From: Dermatophilaceae bacterium
Lineage (GTDB): Bacteria; Actinomycetota; Actinomycetes; Actinomycetales; Dermatophilaceae
DNA: 64,000 nt
Assembly: GCA_014377705.1 (NCBI GenBank)
Contig: JACMPC010000087.1
Span: 4,932 to 68,931, forward strand
Direction of reading: 5' to 3'
Below are positions 58,720 through 64,000 of this stretch, in pieces; position 1 is the stretch's first letter, and each line of letters opens with the position of its first letter. The notes below the pieces were generated by a model. It saw only the letters and a list, made by a program, of their open reading frames with translations, made no database searches and was not told where the DNA came from. A program made the translations under genes and the position numbers.

Positions 58720-59367
58720 TTGACTGAAGTGGGAGTGGGGCCGTGGCAGGGCCCGTGGCCGGCCGGGCCGGCGCTGTCCCCGTATGACGAGTCGCTGCTG
58801 ACCGATGGTGACCGGCGCAACGTCGTGGACAAGTACCGCTACTGGCGACACGAGGCCATCGTGCGTGACCTTGACACCCGGCGGCACGACTTCCATGTCG
58901 CGGTCGAGAACTGGGGCCACGACTTCAACATCGGGTCTGTGATCCGCACCGCGAACGCTTTCAACGCCAAGGCTTTCCACATCGTCGGCAAGCGCCGCTG
59001 GAACCGCCGGGGCGCCATGGTGACCGACCGCTACCAGCACGAGTACCACCACCCCGGTGTGCAGGACCTGGTCGACTGGGCCTCGACCGCACCGGCTGGC
59101 GAGGGGGCACGCGGCATACCGATCATCGGCATCGACAACCTGCCGGGCTCCCTGCCGATCGAGACCTACGACCTGCCCAGGCACTGCATCCTGCTCTTCG
59201 GCCAGGAGGGTCCGGGGCTCTCCCCGGAGGCGCGCGCGGCGTCCGCGGCGATCCTGGACATCGCCCAGTTCGGTTCGACGAGGTCCATCAACGCGGGCGC
59301 GGCGGGGGCGATCGCGATGCACTCCTGGGTGCGCCGCCACGTCTTCGACCAGCCCGCCGGTTCCTGA
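58720..59367 (+). CDS. SpoU/TrmH-family RNA 2'-O-methyltransferase
   Basis: NIGSVIRTANAF, LLFGQEGPGLS and IAQFGSTRSINAGAAGAIAM are SPOUT motifs. The start is uncertain: TTG 58720, or GTG 58729 or 58735. Confidence 0.75.
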   Translation: MTEVGVGPWQGPWPAGPALSPYDESLLTDGDRRNVVDKYRYWRHEAIVRDLDTRRHDFHVAVENWGHDFNIGSVIRTANAFNAKAFHIVGKRRWNRRGAMVTDRYQHEYHHPGVQDLVDWASTAPAGEGARGIPIIGIDNLPGSLPIETYDLPRHCILLFGQEGPGLSPEARAASAAILDIAQFGSTRSINAGAAGAIAMHSWVRRHVFDQPAGS

Positions 59368-59404
59368 GCGATCCGGTTCCTGAGCGATCCGGGTCCCGGC
59401 CGAT
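59357..59404 (+). repeat. 16-bp tandem repeat (2 perfect copies plus 1 degenerate) starting in the last codons of the methyltransferase gene
   Basis: ccggttcctgagcgat occurs at 59357 and 59373, then ccgggtcccggccgat at 59389. The gene stop TGA (59365-59367) is in copy 1, and a second TGA (59381) falls in the +1 frame. Confidence 0.85.
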
Positions 59405-59558
59405 CTGGCTCGGCGGCCCTTTGCCGGGCAGGACCTTGGTTCGATGGTCCCAGCACGCACGTGCGAGGATGAAGGTTGGCAAGCAGCGCCGCTTGACACA
59501 GTCAGCGCCGCAGGGTGAGCGGCTGACCCACGATTTTCGAGTCTGAGGAGTCCACTAG

Positions 59559-60587
59559 ATGCCCATCGCAACCCCCGAGGTCTACGCCGACATGCTGGAC
59601 CGTGCGAAGGCAGGTTCCTTCGCGTACCCGGCCATCAACGTCACGTCGTCGCAAACGCTGAACGCCGCGATCCGCGGGTTCGCCGAGGCCGGCAGCGACG
59701 GCATCGTCCAGGTCTCGACCGGCGGGGCCGACTATCTCTCCGGGTCCACGATCAAGGACATGGTCTCCGGGTCCATCGCCCTGGCCGCCTACGCGAACGA
59801 GGTCGCCAAGAAGTTCGACGTCAACATCGCGCTGCACACCGACCACTGCCCCAAGGACAAGCTGGACGGTTTCGTCCGTCCGCTGATCGCGGCGTCCCTT
59901 GAGAGGGTCAAGGCCGGCGGCCTGCCCTGGTTCCAGTCGCATATGTGGGATGGTTCCGTCATCCCGGTGCCAGAGAACCTCACGATCGCCCGCGAGCTGC
60001 TCGACCTGTGCCAGGCCGCGCACATCATCCTTGAGATCGAGGTCGGCGCCGTCGGCGGCGAGGAGGACGGTGTCACCGGTGCGATCGACGAGAAGCTCTA
60101 CTCCACCCCCGAGGACGCGCTGCTGACCGTCGAGGCACTGGGGCTGGGCGAGTTCGGCCGGTACATGACCGCGCTGACCTTTGGCAACGTGCACGGCGCG
60201 TACAAGCCGGGCAACGTCAAGCTGCGTCCCGAGATCCTCAAGAACGCCCAGGAAGCCGTCATCAAGGCCAAGGGCCTGGGTGCAGACGCCAAGCCGTTCG
60301 ACCTCGTGTTCCACGGCGGCTCCGGCTCGCTCGCCTCAGAGATCTCGGACGCGGTCGACTACGGCGTCGTCAAGATGAACGTTGACACCGACACCCAGTA
60401 CGCCTTCACCCGCCCGGTCGCCGGCTACATGATGACCAACTACGACGGCGTCCTGAAGATCGACGGCGAGGTCGGCAACAAGAAGAAGTACGACCCGCGT
60501 GCCTGGGGCAAGGAAGCAGAGGCCGCCATGGCGGCGCGAGTCGTCGAGGCCTGCCAGAACCTGCGCAGCGCCGGCACCCACGCTTGA
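59559..60587 (+). CDS. fbaA: Class II fructose-bisphosphate aldolase
   Basis: MPIATPEVYADMLDRAKAGSFAYPAINV, HTDHCPK, FHGGSGS. A GAGGAG RBS lies upstream. Confidence 0.95.
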   Translation: MPIATPEVYADMLDRAKAGSFAYPAINVTSSQTLNAAIRGFAEAGSDGIVQVSTGGADYLSGSTIKDMVSGSIALAAYANEVAKKFDVNIALHTDHCPKDKLDGFVRPLIAASLERVKAGGLPWFQSHMWDGSVIPVPENLTIARELLDLCQAAHIILEIEVGAVGGEEDGVTGAIDEKLYSTPEDALLTVEALGLGEFGRYMTALTFGNVHGAYKPGNVKLRPEILKNAQEAVIKAKGLGADAKPFDLVFHGGSGSLASEISDAVDYGVVKMNVDTDTQYAFTRPVAGYMMTNYDGVLKIDGEVGNKKKYDPRAWGKEAEAAMAARVVEACQNLRSAGTHA

Positions 60588-60988
60588 TGGGCAACCTTCT
60601 TGGCATCCCCGAGACGCGGCTTCCGGTCGACCCGGCAGCCGCCGCTCTCGGGGAGGGCAAGGACCCCCGGGCCGTTGCCGCGGCCTACCCGTCGTCGCCT
60701 CTGGCCTGGGCCACCCTGGCCGAGGACGCGCTCGCGCACGGCCACACGATCGAGGGCTACGCGTTCGCGCGCACCGGGTATCACCGGTCGCTGGACGGGC
60801 TACGTCGCGGTGGCTGGAAGGGCCAGGGCCCGGTGCCGTGGTCGCACGAGCCGAACCGGGGTTTCCTGCGGTCACTTGCCGCGCTGAGCCGGGCCGCGGG
60901 CGAGATCGGCGAGACCGACGAGCAGCAGCGGTGTGCCCAGTTCCTGCGGGACTCCTCGCCTCAGGCTGCCGATACGCTCGGTCTTTAG
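60584..60988 (+). CDS. DUF3151-family protein (conserved partner of fba in actinobacteria)
   Basis: 134 aa with ATGA overlap to fbaA. The sequence (AYAFARTGYHRSLDGLRRGGWKGQGPVPWSHEPNRGFLR) is typical of DUF3151. Confidence 0.7.
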   Translation: MMGNLLGIPETRLPVDPAAAALGEGKDPRAVAAAYPSSPLAWATLAEDALAHGHTIEGYAFARTGYHRSLDGLRRGGWKGQGPVPWSHEPNRGFLRSLAALSRAAGEIGETDEQQRCAQFLRDSSPQAADTLGL

Positions 60989-60993
60989 CGGCG

Positions 60994-61025
60994 CCCCTGT
61001 CAGGAGCAGCCGCGACTGACAGGGG
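60994..61025 (+). terminator. Stem-loop after the DUF3151 gene
   Basis: CCCCTGTCAG (60994-61003) pairs with CTGACAGGGG (61016-61025), giving a 10-bp perfect stem and a 12-nt loop, 6 nt after the stop. Confidence 0.5.
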
Positions 61026-61031
61026 TACATC

Positions 61032-61796
61032 ATGAGGGCTCGCACCAGCACCGATGAACAGGATCCCTTTCGGAGCTCGGTGCGAGCCTTTCTGATGGAG
61101 CGGGTCGTCCTGCACGTGGCCGAGTGGGAGGCGCCAAGTGCGTCCCCAAGCGCCTGTATCCCGACTTCGGCCGCCTGGGCGTGACCGGTATCCGGATCCC
61201 GCAGGAGTACGGCGGGGCCGGGGGGAGGTCCTGGCTCTACAACGTGATCCTGGCCGAGGAGATCGTGGCGACCGGGGCGGTCTCGGGGGCTCTGCCGCTG
61301 CACCTCAACGTGGTGCTGCCCTACTTCCTGAAGCTCGCGAACCGAGCAGCAGGCGCGATGGTTCCCCGGTTTCGTCTCCGGAGAGTCGATGACGGCGATC
61401 GCGATGACGGAGCCCGCCGCCGGCTCGGATCTTGCGGGCATCTCGGTGAGCGCGGTTCGCGACGGCGACTCCTACGTCCTGAACGGTGCCAAGACCTTCA
61501 TCACCGGCGGGGTCCAGGCCGACCTCGCCATCGTGGTGGCCCGCACCTCGCGTGACGAGGCTGACCGCCGGGCCGGTTTGACCTTGCTGGTCGTCGAGGA
61601 GGGGATGGCCTGCTTCAGCCGCGGTCGCAACCTGGACAAGCTGGGCCTGAAGTCGCAGGATACCGGGGGGCTCTTCTTCGACGACGTCTGGGTGCCGGTC
61701 GCCGGCCGGATGACGCGGTGCGGTGATGAAGGGCCCGGGCGGCTAATATCTACGGGCACGGGCACGGGCCCCGTGCGCAGATGCACAGGGTTCTAG
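61032..61796 (+). pseudogene. Acyl-CoA dehydrogenase pseudogene (at least 2 frameshifts, 3' truncated)
   Basis: ACAD-like segments fall in alternating frames. The first is FRSSVRAFLMERVVLHVAEWE (frame of 61032). The second is RLYPDFGRLGVTGIRIPQEYGGAGG...LHLNVVLPYFLKLA (frame of 61124). The third is EQQARWFPGFVSGESMTAIAMTEPAAGSDLAGI...NGAKTFITGG...GLKSQDTGGLFFDDVWVP (frame of 61389). The C-terminal helical domain of about 150 aa is missing. Confidence 0.75.
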
Positions 61797-63164
<1,368 letters not shown>

Positions 63165-63192
63165 TCCCCCCACCTCCGCTTCCTGCCCCGCG

Positions 63193-63231
63193 CCCACCGT
63201 TTTGGCCTGTCAACCCGGCTCGAACGGTGGG
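63193..63231. terminator. Hairpin between convergent purA and the helicase gene
   Basis: CCCACCGTT (63193-63201) pairs with AACGGTGGG (63223-63231), giving a 9-bp stem and a 21-nt loop, followed by TTTCGGG. Confidence 0.4.
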
Positions 63232-63288
63232 TTTCGGGCACCAAGCGGGGTTTCTGGGTGGGATGTGTGGCGAGTGGAGGGGCTTGGG

Positions 63289-64000
63289 TCAGGGGGTGAG
63301 GGCGGGGGTGAGGATGGTCATGCGGTGGGCGGCTCGGGTGAGGGCGACGTAGAGGACGCGGACGCCGCCGGGGGACTCTGCCGTGATCTCGGCCGGGTCC
63401 ACGATGACGGTGGCGTCGTACTCCAGACCCTTGGCGGACATCGGGTCGATGACGTTGACGCGGCCCGAGGCATCGTTGCCCAGCGAGCTGAGGGCCTCGA
63501 GCCACCGGGTAGCGGAGATGACCGCGATCGACCCTTCCACCTCATCCAGCAGTGCCTGCACGGCAGCGGCTGCCGCGTCGGGGATCTGCGACGGGTCGAC
63601 CGAGGTGATGATCGGGTCGACCCCGGTCTCGCGCACGGCCACCGGGATGTCCGCGTCGGGCACCTCGGCCCGGATCACGTCGGCGGCGTGGGCGAAGATC
63701 TCGCGGGCGTTGCGGTAGTTCGTGTCCATGTGGAACAGCGAGCGCACCTTGCTGCCGAAGGCGTGCTCGCGGGCCTGCCGCGCCTCAGCCTGATCTGGCC
63801 AGGACGCCTGCGCCTCGTCGCCGACCACGGTCCACGACGACCAGCGGCCGCGGCGACCGAGCATCCGCCACTGCATCGGCGAGATGTCCTGCGCCTCGTC
63901 GATCAGCACATGTGCGTACTCTTCGGGGTCGTCCAGCCGTCCGTGCATCAGCCGTTCCAGCCTGGTATGCGGCGCCAGCTCGTACCCGGTCCGGGTGGTG
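63289..64000 (-). CDS. UvrD/REP-superfamily (HelD-like) helicase, C-terminal part; gene continues beyond the window end
   Basis: HVLIDEAQDISPMQWRML (motif II), TNYRNAREI, and the C-terminal KGLEYDATVIV...LYVALTRAAHRMTIL. The reading frame is still open upstream of the track Met at 63948. Confidence 0.65.
   Translation of the reverse strand, partial: TTRTGYELAPHTRLERLMHGRLDDPEEYAHVLIDEAQDISPMQWRMLGRRGRWSSWTVVGDEAQASWPDQAEARQAREHAFGSKVRSLFHMDTNYRNAREIFAHAADVIRAEVPDADIPVAVRETGVDPIITSVDPSQIPDAAAAAVQALLDEVEGSIAVISATRWLEALSSLGNDASGRVNVIDPMSAKGLEYDATVIVDPAEITAESPGGVRVLYVALTRAAHRMTILTPALTP

Overview
This is a visibly GC-rich window (roughly two-thirds G+C by eye, not computed) that reads as chromosomal core from a high-GC Actinomycetota genome. 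Lineage markers are the dnaK-grpE-dnaJ-hspR operon, clpB, Bpa ending in GQYL, lprG plus an MFS pump, a GlnX/GlnH-like pair, WS/DGAT, and an Lrp-linked bkd operon. I call about 60 protein genes. They include ppdK, an M18 aminopeptidase, an acyl-ACP desaturase, a complete hut cluster (iclR, hutH, hutU, M20 amidohydrolase, hutF, hutI), and bkd E1alpha/E1beta/E2. A TPP riboswitch precedes an ECF-type thiamine/HMP transporter. Also present are a 5'-nucleotidase, xthA-thiM-thiE-thiD, pyrE, fbaA, purA, a decayed acyl-CoA dehydrogenase pseudogene and a truncated UvrD-like helicase at the right edge. I saw no rRNA or tRNA genes, transposases, integrases, CRISPR arrays or recognisable defence islands. 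Most long ORFs antisense to these genes are high-GC shadow ORFs. The best second-look items are: (1) a six-gene translationally coupled minus-strand operon (1..6190) joining TelA, an XpaC-like protein, a CbbX/SpoVK-type AAA+ ATPase and a GlnX/GlnH-like extracytoplasmic sensor pair; (2) a dispersed 32-bp repeat family with core GGTCCCTAGGTTTG, arranged as reverse-then-forward blocks at five or more intergenic loci, which supplies the last codons and the TAG stop of two unrelated genes and fills the grpE-dnaJ spacer; (3) short tandem repeats that duplicate the stop-codon region of three genes; (4) a convergent 119-nt overlap of an MFS gene and thiD across a 9-bp x6 repeat that is coding on both strands; (5) an ATPase-ATPase-T-component triple-fusion ECF gene behind the TPP riboswitch. 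All functional calls come from reading the translations and motifs. No database search was run.
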